Virus record (IMG/VR): IMGVR_UViG_3300042891_000711
Coordinates: 124,001-188,000 of that record
Length of the DNA stretch: 64,000 nucleotides
Direction: 5' to 3' (one strand)
The notes beneath the pieces are model-generated. The model was not told where the DNA came from. It worked only from the letters and a program-made list of their open reading frames with translations, and made no database searches. Below are positions 18,862 to 27,758 of the stretch, in pieces (position 1 is the stretch's first letter; each line of letters starts with the position of its first letter). The position numbers and the translations under genes were made by a program.

Positions 18862-18868
18862 CGAGCAC

Positions 18869-18897
18869 TTGACAAAACAAAAATTTGATAGTACAAT
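18869..18897 (+). promoter_or_regulatory. sigma70 early promoter for the AAA ATPase
   Basis: TTGACA-17 nt-TACAAT; TTAGGAG RBS. Confidence 0.75.
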
Positions 18898-18928
18898 GTG
18901 GTTTTACATTAATTATTAGGAGTGACAA

Positions 18929-20026
18929 ATGGCGGCAATTACTGAAAATAGAACTGTTACTGCAACAGAAGCAAAGGCGGCAATACTACGTTGCTTTACA
19001 AAACAACGCCCATTATTTTTATGGGGTCCTCCCGGTATTGGTAAAAGTGAATTAGTAGAAGGTATTACTAAGGACATGGGCGGGTTGATGATTGACTTGC
19101 GCTTGGCACAGATGGACCCGACGGACATACGTGGTATTCCTTATTTTAATAAAGACTTGGGTGTAATGGATTGGGCTCCGCCAATTGATTTGCCCACAGA
19201 AGAACTTGCGGCACAATATCCGATTGTGGTGTTGTTTTTAGATGAGATGAACAGTGCGGCGCCGAGTGTGCAGGCAGTTGCTTATCAACTTGTACTAAAC
19301 AGACGTGTAGGCAAGTACAAACTGCCTGATAACGTTGTTATGGTAGCGGCAGGTAACAGGGATGGTGACAAAGGTGTTAGCTACAGAATGCCAAGTCCAC
19401 TTGCTAACAGGTTTGTGCATTTGGAAATGCGTGTAGACTTTGAGAGCTGGTTAGGTTGGGCTACTGAAAATCGTATTAACAAAGACGTGATTGGTTACAT
19501 TAGTTTTGCTAAACAAGACTTGTATGACTTTGATCCAAAAAGTTCAAGTCGTAGTTTTGCAACACCTCGTAGCTGGACATTTGTTAGTGAATTGTTAGAC
19601 GATGGCATGGCAGATGGCACTACTACAGATATTGTAGCAGGTACTATTGGTGAAGGTACTGCGGTTAAGTTTATGGCACATAGAAAAATTTCTGCTAAAA
19701 TGCCTAACCCAAGTGACATTTTAAATGGTAAGGTTACAGAACTTGCTGTTAAAGAAATTAGTGCTATGTATAGTTTGACAATGAGTATGTGTTACGAGTT
19801 GAAAGATGCGTACACTAAAATTGGCAAGGAAGACAATGCTAAATGGCACACTATGGCAGATTACTTCTTTAAGTTTATGATGGAGAACTTTACTACAGAA
19901 GTTACTGTTATGGGCGCACGTGTAGCGTTAACAACTTTTAACTTGCCTTTTGTGCCTAACAAGTTGAAAAACTTTGATGAGTTCCACAAACGCTTTGGCA
20001 AATATGTTGTGGCTGCGGTCGCATAA
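18929..20026 (+). CDS. MoxR-type AAA+ ATPase
   Basis: Walker A GPPGIGKS, Walker B LFLDEMN, AAGN, PLANRF, ATPRSW. Confidence 0.92.
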   Translation: MAAITENRTVTATEAKAAILRCFTKQRPLFLWGPPGIGKSELVEGITKDMGGLMIDLRLAQMDPTDIRGIPYFNKDLGVMDWAPPIDLPTEELAAQYPIVVLFLDEMNSAAPSVQAVAYQLVLNRRVGKYKLPDNVVMVAAGNRDGDKGVSYRMPSPLANRFVHLEMRVDFESWLGWATENRINKDVIGYISFAKQDLYDFDPKSSSRSFATPRSWTFVSELLDDGMADGTTTDIVAGTIGEGTAVKFMAHRKISAKMPNPSDILNGKVTELAVKEISAMYSLTMSMCYELKDAYTKIGKEDNAKWHTMADYFFKFMMENFTTEVTVMGARVALTTFNLPFVPNKLKNFDEFHKRFGKYVVAAVA

Positions 20027-20031
20027 TAAGG

Positions 20032-20054
20032 AAAAGCCCCGCAAGGGGCTTTTT
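20032..20054 (+). terminator. Rho-independent terminator (bidirectional geometry)
   Basis: AAAAGCCCC-GCAA-GGGGCTTTTT immediately after ATPase stop. Confidence 0.85.
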
Positions 20055-20060
20055 ACATGT

Positions 20061-20372
20061 ATGAGTAATTATAAAATAACTAAGATGGATGGTAGACATA
20101 CAGGTCACGAACTGTTTAATCATTATATAAATTATAATGTTTATACTCGTAGAAACTTTAATCCTGTCTCTGAGAATGAAGTAAACTTTCTCAAAGCCCG
20201 TGTTTGGTTTTGGGAAAAGTTTGGTCCAAGTAGCGAACTTGGTAAATGTCATCGACTAAACAGTATCGATCACCAAACCCCATTATGGGCTTGGCAAACT
20301 GAACATAACCTACTAAGAATATATGTATCAGAAAAGGCCCTAGACTTCTTTCTGTTAACACATTCAGCTTGA
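20061..20372 (+). CDS. Hypothetical protein between ATPase and vWA genes
   Basis: ATG 20061; KMDGRH, WFWEKFGPSSEL, WAWQ motifs. Confidence 0.6.
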   Translation: MSNYKITKMDGRHTGHELFNHYINYNVYTRRNFNPVSENEVNFLKARVWFWEKFGPSSELGKCHRLNSIDHQTPLWAWQTEHNLLRIYVSEKALDFFLLTHSA

Positions 20373-20397
20373 CAAACTTCACATTTGAATGTATAAT
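20369..20397 (+). promoter_or_regulatory. Consensus sigma70 early promoter for the vWA gene
   Basis: TTGACA-17 nt-TATAAT; TTAGGAG RBS. Confidence 0.78.
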
Positions 20398-20428
20398 AGC
20401 TGTTATAGTAAACAATTAGGAGTAACAT

Positions 20429-21700
20429 ATGGCAACAGCAACGGCAACAACTAGTGCAGAAAAGAAAAAAGTAGTTACTGTAACAGATGCACGTATTGAT
20501 GCGGCTGTACGTGAAAAACTTATTACGGCACGTATTGCGCTATTACTTAAAGCGCCGTTTTTTGGTAACTTAGCAACACGTTTAAAATTAATTAACGCAG
20601 ACGAGTGGTGTAGCACTGCGGCTACAGACGGGCGTAATTTTTACTATAATAGTGAATTTGTAAACAAACTGCCTCAGAAACAAGTGGAGTTTTTAGTAGG
20701 GCATGAAGTGTTACACGTAGTTTACGATCACATGGGACGTAGGCAGGATAGAGATGGGCAGTTGTATAACGTTGCGGCAGACTATTGTGTTAATGCTGAT
20801 TTAATTGACAGCAAGATTGGTGAGAAAATTACAAGTGTGCCTATTTTGTATGATAGAAAATACGCTGGCATGAGCTCGGAAGAAGTGTACGACTTGCTGT
20901 ACGAAAATGCTGAAAAAATTAACGTCGACGATTTGATTAAACAAATGTTAGATGAACATTTAGATGACGGCGACGACGACAGCGAAGAAGGTGAAGGTGC
21001 GGGAGAAGGTGGACGTCCGGGTAAAATGACTGCTGAAGAAAAGAAAGCATTGCGTGACGAAATACGCGAAGCTGTACTACAGGCGGCAGAAGCGGCGGGT
21101 GCTGGTAACTTGCCAGCAGGTGTTAAACGTATGATTAACACACTGACGAACCCACAGTTAAACTGGCGTGAACTTATTAGACAACAGGTACAGAGTTTAG
21201 TACGTGCTGACTTTACTTGGGCACGTATGAATAGAAAAGGGCAACATTTAGATGCAATTTTGCCAGGTAGCAACTTTGCAGAAACAATTGATGTTAGTGT
21301 TAGTATTGATGCGTCGGGCAGTATGAGTGAAGGTATGTTGCGTGATATCCTAAGTGAAGTTAAAGGTATTATGGAGTCGTTTGACGACTTTAAACTTGAT
21401 GTATGGTCTTTTGATACAGATGTTTATGGTTACGAAAAATTCACACCAGACAACATTGACGATATTGACACTTACGAACTACAAGGTGGTGGCGGTACAG
21501 ACTTTGAATGTAATTGGGAATTTATGCGTGAAAATGAAATTGCGCCAAAATTGTTTATTATGTTTACAGATGGTTACCCAGGTGGTGGGTGGGGTGACGA
21601 AAGTTACGCAGACACCTTATTTGTAATACACGGTACTACTAGTATTGAAGCACCATTTGGTATTACAGCTTATTATGATTTATCGAAAGGATCCAATTAA
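20429..21700 (+). CDS. DUF2201-type metallopeptidase plus vWA domain protein (MoxR partner)
   Basis: TAATDG, HEVLH (HExxH), acidic linker, MIDAS DASGS, GGGGTDF, FTDGY. Confidence 0.88.
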   Translation: MATATATTSAEKKKVVTVTDARIDAAVREKLITARIALLLKAPFFGNLATRLKLINADEWCSTAATDGRNFYYNSEFVNKLPQKQVEFLVGHEVLHVVYDHMGRRQDRDGQLYNVAADYCVNADLIDSKIGEKITSVPILYDRKYAGMSSEEVYDLLYENAEKINVDDLIKQMLDEHLDDGDDDSEEGEGAGEGGRPGKMTAEEKKALRDEIREAVLQAAEAAGAGNLPAGVKRMINTLTNPQLNWRELIRQQVQSLVRADFTWARMNRKGQHLDAILPGSNFAETIDVSVSIDASGSMSEGMLRDILSEVKGIMESFDDFKLDVWSFDTDVYGYEKFTPDNIDDIDTYELQGGGGTDFECNWEFMRENEIAPKLFIMFTDGYPGGGWGDESYADTLFVIHGTTSIEAPFGITAYYDLSKGSN

Positions 21701-22035
21701 TGTCAGTATATCAAAGTTTTAGTTATAGTCCTACAGAGTTAGCAGAGCAAATGTCTAGTGCTACACACGACACACTGGCTTATCTGTGGAAGTACAAATA
21801 CATCACTACCGAACAGTATAATGAATTGTCAGGTAAAATAATGGTTATGGCTGTACCAAATCGTAAAGGGTTTGGTAAGAAACTGTTAGAATACTTTTTT
21901 GGTGATAATAAAGAAGAGAATTCTTGGGTATTCCCTATTGTAGAAGTGGCGACCCACTATAGACCTGCTACACCAGAAAAGCCAAAGAATGTAACTAAAC
22001 TTAACAGTAAACCTAAGTTAGAGATTGTTGAGTAA
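21700..22035 (+). CDS. Hypothetical protein
   Basis: 111 aa, TAATG coupling. Confidence 0.65.
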   Translation: MSVYQSFSYSPTELAEQMSSATHDTLAYLWKYKYITTEQYNELSGKIMVMAVPNRKGFGKKLLEYFFGDNKEENSWVFPIVEVATHYRPATPEKPKNVTKLNSKPKLEIVE

Positions 22036-22493
22036 TGAGCACAGGTAGAATGAAAGACCAAAAAGACTTTGATCTTGAACAGATCGTTCAAGTAATAGAT
22101 CAAGCACTAGAGTCAGATGATCAACGCATTAAGGACGCCTTACGTGCGCTTATGACTATAACTGTGCTGTGTACCGCAGAACATCCTGATCAAATGCTAC
22201 GCAACGGTCCGCTGGCACGTGTGTTTGAGGACATGCGCAATCTTAATCAGCGTTTAGGTCGTTTAGAAGATGACCTAAACAAGATTAAATGGGATCAACA
22301 AAAGCGTCAAGTTGAACCATTTACACCACCATATAATCCAGGCAGTCCGTTTGGTCCGGTTGGTACACCAACTACTTCTAAACCAACTCCTATGTGGGGA
22401 CCGAGTTGGAGTGCCGGTGATGATCCTAACTATAAAGGCGCAAGTTCTGGTATGCTTGCTGAAGACTTCATAAAAGAATTGGAAAAACGATAA
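22035..22493 (+). CDS. Hypothetical protein (coiled coil plus Pro-rich tail)
   Basis: 152 aa, TAATG coupling. Confidence 0.65.
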   Translation: MSTGRMKDQKDFDLEQIVQVIDQALESDDQRIKDALRALMTITVLCTAEHPDQMLRNGPLARVFEDMRNLNQRLGRLEDDLNKIKWDQQKRQVEPFTPPYNPGSPFGPVGTPTTSKPTPMWGPSWSAGDDPNYKGASSGMLAEDFIKELEKR

Positions 22494-22939
22494 TGGCCTT
22501 AGGTTGGGAAGATGTACAGCGTGTAAAGCGTGTAGAAGCTCGAGCAGAAGAGCTTGGGTTTAAGTTTTCTTCTTCAGCTAATTATAACTACGGTAGTAAC
22601 AACAATATAAGTTATATCTGTTTAAAACCCAAGGAAGATTGTTTACCACACTACAGTCGTGATGCCGATGTCTTTATAGGCACACTTGAGGAGATCAATA
22701 CCTGGTTAACTGGCGTTGAATGGGCTCGTGGCTACGAAGAGATGCTTAAACTCGGCAATGATAAGAAACGTAAGGAAAAAGAACAAGTTGAGCGTAATCG
22801 ACAATTACTACGCACCATTAAAACTGGTCGTGAAGTTAAAGGTACTATTGGATGTACCAGTGTTGACGAATGGCGCTTGCATCTTGAAGAAGAGTACGAT
22901 ATCGACGATGACGTCGATTACGATGCAATACCATTTTAG
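22493..22939 (+). CDS. Hypothetical protein
   Basis: 148 aa, acidic C-terminus ending DYDAIPF. Confidence 0.65.
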   Translation: MALGWEDVQRVKRVEARAEELGFKFSSSANYNYGSNNNISYICLKPKEDCLPHYSRDADVFIGTLEEINTWLTGVEWARGYEEMLKLGNDKKRKEKEQVERNRQLLRTIKTGREVKGTIGCTSVDEWRLHLEEEYDIDDDVDYDAIPF

Positions 22940-22948
22940 GAGAATATA

Positions 22949-23422
22949 ATGACAAAAGTAATGACTATGACAAAAATAATCGAATCATTGCCGTATGAAT
23001 TAAGCGAGTGTACTACAGAGCAAGCACCGTGGACTACATTAGTAGAAGAAGATTTCCATATTGCTATTTTTAAAGACGGCTTTCCTGTTAGTAACGGACA
23101 CCTGCTGTTTGTGCCCAAGTATAATACCGCAGACGTATTAGCCGATGCAGTGGCAGATGCTATTGCGCACGGACAACGTATAGTTGCTGAAGGTAACTGT
23201 GATGGATATAACATTGGCATTAACGTTGGCGAAGCGGCCGGACAAACAGTTGCTTGGCCACATGTACACATGATTCCACGACGTGTGGGTGATGTAACTG
23301 ATCCACGCGGTGGTGTGCGCAATGTCATTCCACGTTTTGGCAATTATTTTAAAGACAGGGTTACTGATGCCTACGACGAAGTAAACAAATGGTATGGCGA
23401 TTTTGGTGATGCGAGAGACTAG
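22949..23422 (+). CDS. HIT family nucleotide hydrolase
   Basis: DGFPVSNGHLLFVPK, AAGQTV..PHVHMIPRR histidine triad. Confidence 0.9.
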   Translation: MTKVMTMTKIIESLPYELSECTTEQAPWTTLVEEDFHIAIFKDGFPVSNGHLLFVPKYNTADVLADAVADAIAHGQRIVAEGNCDGYNIGINVGEAAGQTVAWPHVHMIPRRVGDVTDPRGGVRNVIPRFGNYFKDRVTDAYDEVNKWYGDFGDARD

Positions 23423-23426
23423 TTAA

Positions 23427-23717
23427 ATGCTCAAGCATAACGAACCAAATCCCCTAAACGTACACGGGCTAAGACAGCTAGGTCATTGCCCGCCACACTT
23501 CACTCCCGTGATATTTGATCTTGCTGTGCAAGACAAAGACCTAGTAGATTGGCTGTATGAAAACTTAGAAGGACGTTTCTATTCTGGACAAATTGACGTT
23601 AGGCAAGAGTCCGGTGTTATTGCACGTCAACATTGCATTGCCTTCGAACTGGCTTCTGAGGCCAGTTACTTTGCCTTATTCCTGCCCCAACTTAATCAAT
23701 CCAATATTATGTGGTAA
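23427..23717 (+). CDS. Hypothetical phage protein
   Basis: 96-aa ORF. Confidence 0.65.
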   Translation: MLKHNEPNPLNVHGLRQLGHCPPHFTPVIFDLAVQDKDLVDWLYENLEGRFYSGQIDVRQESGVIARQHCIAFELASEASYFALFLPQLNQSNIMW

Positions 23718-23777
23718 TAAAATATTTCCACCTGTTTAGACCATGGTAAATAAAGTTATCCCAAGGAGAACTTTTTA

Positions 23778-24026
23778 ATGGCCAAAGCAGAAACAACCGC
23801 AACAGAAGATTCAACGCCTGTTGCATCCACAGAAGCACAACAACCAGCACCGAGTTTAACGCTGCAAGATTTAGTTCTTGTTGCACAAATCATCCAACTT
23901 ACCTCACAACGCGGCGCTTATCGTGCCGAAGAGTTAGCCAACGTTGGTGCGTTATACAATAAATTAATTGCATTTTTAGACAGCGTTGGTGCAATTTCTA
24001 AACCAGAAACTGCTGCACAGGAGTAA
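23778..24026 (+). CDS. Hypothetical phage protein
   Basis: 82 aa; TAAATA and AAGGAG upstream. Confidence 0.75.
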   Translation: MAKAETTATEDSTPVASTEAQQPAPSLTLQDLVLVAQIIQLTSQRGAYRAEELANVGALYNKLIAFLDSVGAISKPETAAQE

Positions 24027-24030
24027 TACT

Positions 24031-24735
24031 ATGATTAAGCACGTAGGTAGACATAATAACAAGCGAGTTGTTATTGCATATAGACAAGTACCAGATGAAG
24101 ATCACATGTGTTTGGTGATCTACAGTGAAACATTACCAATGCGTATTCATGATGAAGTAATGAAAGTATTAGAAAGCGATATTGGTCAACAGGCCAACGA
24201 CTTTGCCGATGCACTATTCCGTCATACTATGGCAGATGGTGTTAATTGCTTAAATGCAATTCACCGTGGTGGCTTATTATCCAAAGTACCAACTAACCAA
24301 GTTATTGTAACACCAACTTCAGCTAGTTCAGTACGCTTAGATGAGTTAAACACACTATTAAATGAAATTGCCAAAGGCGAAGCCGCAACTGAAAAATTAG
24401 CCAAGGCAGATGCAGGACAAAGATGGGAAGGCAGAGAGTTAGGTGAGCCGGCAAGAACTACAGCAGAAAGTGTAAATACTACATCAGCTAGTGTTAATAC
24501 AGATGGCGTGTTGTCTGATGCTGATATTGCAAATCAACGCATAGCACAAGCTACAAAAATGGAAGCTGAAGCTAAAAGTTTATTAGCTGAAGCTAAACGT
24601 TTAAAAGAAGAAGCAAACGCACTAGCACCTAAGGTAACTAAGGCAAAAGTAGCAAAAGCAACTACAAATACAACAACTACTGCGAAGAAAACAAATGCCA
24701 GAAAACCTACCACAACCAAAAAAGCCGCGGCGTAA
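24031..24735 (+). CDS. Hypothetical phage protein with basic Lys/Ala/Thr-rich tail
   Basis: ATG 24031 after AGGAG; C-terminal KAKVAKATTNTTTTAKK...KKAAA. Confidence 0.75.
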   Translation: MIKHVGRHNNKRVVIAYRQVPDEDHMCLVIYSETLPMRIHDEVMKVLESDIGQQANDFADALFRHTMADGVNCLNAIHRGGLLSKVPTNQVIVTPTSASSVRLDELNTLLNEIAKGEAATEKLAKADAGQRWEGRELGEPARTTAESVNTTSASVNTDGVLSDADIANQRIAQATKMEAEAKSLLAEAKRLKEEANALAPKVTKAKVAKATTNTTTTAKKTNARKPTTTKKAAA

Positions 24736-25051
24736 GGCTACACCAGGCAAAAAACTTAACATGAGTGTTAAGAAACGTTGGCAAGATATTGTTAGAGACG
24801 TTGATAAAAAGGAAGTGCCAGTTACTGTGCTACAGCGTATTATCGTTAAGCTCGTTGATGGCACTGACCTTAGTATTGACGTTAAACAATTACTCGATGA
24901 TGGACAAGATCCAGATGAAATCGAAGAGTTACTCAATGCCAAGTTTCAAGACCTAGATGAGTATATCGAAACTGTAGACTTCTTTATCGACATTGATAAA
25001 GTAGTTGGTGCAGTTCAACCTGAGACTGACAAGGTACTAAAGAATCTATGA
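24695..25051 (+). CDS. Hypothetical protein
   Basis: 118-aa ORF (start may be 24761). Confidence 0.6.
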   Translation: MPENLPQPKKPRRKATPGKKLNMSVKKRWQDIVRDVDKKEVPVTVLQRIIVKLVDGTDLSIDVKQLLDDGQDPDEIEELLNAKFQDLDEYIETVDFFIDIDKVVGAVQPETDKVLKNL

Positions 25052-25551
25052 TTATATCTATTCTAGCTAGCACCAGTACCGGCGGTATTGGTAATAGAGG
25101 TACCTTGCCTTGGCCTCATAATAAAGAAGACATGCGGTGGTTTGCTCAACACACTACAGGTAATATTGTAGTCATGGGTCGTAACACCTGGGATGATCCT
25201 AAGATGCCCAAACCATTGCCTAATCGTGAAAACTATGTTGTCAGTAGTCGACATGTAGCACAACAATATCAACACTTGGTTAAATGGATTCCTAGTAATC
25301 CTGTAGAGAATATACTACAGTTACAAAAGGATAATCCCGCTAAGGATGTGTATGTTATTGGTGGTCGACAGTTATACGAAGCAACAGAAAGTATTGTTGA
25401 TCGAGTTTATCTTACACGTATCAAAGGTGCTTGGTTTACTGATACACGTATTCAATTAGAAAGTATGCTGGCATGCTTTCAAATCAAATCAGTCAAGCCT
25501 GGCGATAACTGTACCTACGAAACGTGGGATCGCATAATGTTTTTTAAGTAG
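25048..25551 (+). CDS. folA: Dihydrofolate reductase
   Basis: IGNRGTLPW...EDM.WF...T, VMGRNTW, PLPNREN.VVS, VIGG..LY. Confidence 0.93.
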   Translation: MIISILASTSTGGIGNRGTLPWPHNKEDMRWFAQHTTGNIVVMGRNTWDDPKMPKPLPNRENYVVSSRHVAQQYQHLVKWIPSNPVENILQLQKDNPAKDVYVIGGRQLYEATESIVDRVYLTRIKGAWFTDTRIQLESMLACFQIKSVKPGDNCTYETWDRIMFFK

Positions 25552-25580
25552 TTGACTTATAGAACTATCTCTGTTATACT
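25552..25580 (+). promoter_or_regulatory. sigma70 promoter, probably leaderless thyA mRNA
   Basis: TTGACT-17 nt-(TGt)TATACT, ATG 6 nt downstream. Confidence 0.7.
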
Positions 25581-25586
25581 AATAAT

Positions 25587-26420
25587 ATGAAAACATATCT
25601 TGATTCTTTAAAATTTGTCCTAGACAATGGTACAATAAGACCAGACCGTACATCAACAGGTACTGTTGGTGTGTTTGGTATGCAACAACGCTATGATTTA
25701 AGTAAGGGCTTTCCAGCTGTTACTACCAAGCGATTAGCGTTCAAAGCCTGTCTCAGTGAGTTGTTGTGGTTTATTGAAGGTTCAGGTGATGAAAAGCGCC
25801 TACGAGAGTTATTACATGGTAGTAGGGACTCTGAAAAGAGTACCATCTGGACTGCCAATGCTACAGCAACTTACTGGACTCCTAAAGCAAAGTTCGACGG
25901 TGACCTAGGTCGTGTCTACGGAGTACAATGGCGTGACTTTGGTGGCGTAGACCAACTACTGCAATTGGTAGAAGGCATTAAAAAGGATCCGTTTGGTCGT
26001 AGACACATTCTAACAGCGTGGAACCCGGGCGAATTGGATCAAATGGCCTTACCTCCATGTCATTGTTTTGCACAGTTTTATGTCAGTGCAGATAATAAGT
26101 TGTCGTGTCAAATGTATCAGCGATCATGCGATATGTTCTTAGGAGTTCCTTTTAACATAGCATCCTACAGCCTGCTAACGCATATGGTAGCCCAAGTGTG
26201 TGGCCTTGGGGTAGGCGAATTCGTTCACGTACTCGGTGATGCTCATATATATTTGAATCATATAGATCAGGTAAACGAACAATTGAAACGTGAACCCTTA
26301 CCTGCACCACAACTTTGGATTAACCCAGATGTTCGAGACATCACTAAATTTACCATGGAAGACTTTAAATTAAATGGCTATGAATCATACGCAAGCATTA
26401 AAGCACCAATGGCAGTCTAA
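25587..26420 (+). CDS. thyA: Thymidylate synthase
   Basis: DRT.TGT, ELLWF, YG.QWR, MALPPCH, YQRSCDMFLGVPFNIASY, GDAHIY.NH. Confidence 0.97.
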   Translation: MKTYLDSLKFVLDNGTIRPDRTSTGTVGVFGMQQRYDLSKGFPAVTTKRLAFKACLSELLWFIEGSGDEKRLRELLHGSRDSEKSTIWTANATATYWTPKAKFDGDLGRVYGVQWRDFGGVDQLLQLVEGIKKDPFGRRHILTAWNPGELDQMALPPCHCFAQFYVSADNKLSCQMYQRSCDMFLGVPFNIASYSLLTHMVAQVCGLGVGEFVHVLGDAHIYLNHIDQVNEQLKREPLPAPQLWINPDVRDITKFTMEDFKLNGYESYASIKAPMAV

Positions 26421-26694
26421 GAAACCCGATACCCATCGTGTAAGATTCTTTACCAGCACATTCACTGACGATGTTGACACACAAATGTCTGACAGATTCT
26501 GGCGGATTGCTGAAGAATTTAAACTAACTCCACAGGCCCAATGGGTTAAAGATAATGATATTACACTAGCGTGGATGGAAGATGACATATACTACTCATT
26601 CGGCAAGATGTGTATTATATACGGTGACTTAACTGAAAGACAATATGTAGATTATAGTCTACGATTCTTTCAACATCAGTCTGAGTGGAAATGA
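26374..26694 (+). CDS. Hypothetical protein
   Basis: ~100-aa ORF overlapping thyA end; start uncertain. Confidence 0.5.
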   Translation: MAMNHTQALKHQWQSKKPDTHRVRFFTSTFTDDVDTQMSDRFWRIAEEFKLTPQAQWVKDNDITLAWMEDDIYYSFGKMCIIYGDLTERQYVDYSLRFFQHQSEWK

Positions 26695-27758
26695 ACAAGA
26701 TATTTTGCGTAACGTCAACTGACTCAGTTGGGTGTACATTTTTAGATTGGAGTATTCACTATCTATCAGGTTCTACTAAATTTTATAATGTTGAATCTGG
26801 CTGGAGTGATTTAGTAACTACTCCTTTAGACTCGTCCAACGCTCACGCACACCCAAAGAATCATCCTAACGGTGTTGAATTAACCAACAAAGTAATAGAC
26901 AAATTAACTAATGTTAGTGCTACAGTACCGCTTTCATTTTATCCTGTTCCAATACACGAAGAACTAGCGGCTAAACAAATAAATCTCGTAATAAATCAAC
27001 CTACTGACTTTTATGATGATAAAATAACACAATATCAACAACATGACTATGCCGACATTTGGCAGCAATTGGCAGTTAATAATATCTCTATTGTTTATAT
27101 TAAATTAACTAGTAATTGTTTATACACCCAATCAGTTAGACAGCTGGATAGAAATGCTCCAAATTTATCCAATCAATTACAAACAACAAAAGAAGTACAA
27201 GCTAACTATTTAAATACATTTTTTAAAGACAGTCAACTATACTGGAATAAACTTGGTCTAACTAATAACTGGGATCACCGTGAATTTATTGCATTAAATA
27301 TTCGTCCCTATTATTACAACGACATTGACAAATATATTGATTTTTCTGCCTCGCATTATTATGTAGATGCTCAAGAATTATGGTACAACGGAAAAAATAC
27401 ACTAATTAATATTATGCAGTATCTAGGTTTAACTGTAGACGCTGGCAGATTAACATCGTGGTTACCTGTATATTATGAATGGCAACAAAAACAATTAGGT
27501 ATTTTAAAATTTAGTTGGAACATCGACCATATATGTAATTGTATCGTTAATAATTATTATTATGATATTAGCTCATATAATTTAGACCTATGGCACGAAG
27601 CAATTATACAACACAATTTAATTTATAAACACAATGTAACATTTAAAGCCTGGGGATTAGAAACATTGCCAACTAATACACAAGAATTACATCTGTTACT
27701 AGAACCAAATATTCACCCGGTGGAAGATGTATATGGCATGTTAAAAGGGCTATCATGA
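26691..27758 (+). CDS. Hypothetical protein, possible sulfotransferase-like fold
   Basis: N-terminal beta strand plus SVGCTFL loop resembling a PAPS-binding loop; AT-rich. Confidence 0.4.
   Translation: MNKIFCVTSTDSVGCTFLDWSIHYLSGSTKFYNVESGWSDLVTTPLDSSNAHAHPKNHPNGVELTNKVIDKLTNVSATVPLSFYPVPIHEELAAKQINLVINQPTDFYDDKITQYQQHDYADIWQQLAVNNISIVYIKLTSNCLYTQSVRQLDRNAPNLSNQLQTTKEVQANYLNTFFKDSQLYWNKLGLTNNWDHREFIALNIRPYYYNDIDKYIDFSASHYYVDAQELWYNGKNTLINIMQYLGLTVDAGRLTSWLPVYYEWQQKQLGILKFSWNIDHICNCIVNNYYYDISSYNLDLWHEAIIQHNLIYKHNVTFKAWGLETLPTNTQELHLLLEPNIHPVEDVYGMLKGLS

Noticed and set aside
25587-26420. Group I intron in thyA as in T4 td
   Set aside because: The ORF is continuous and full length (277 aa).
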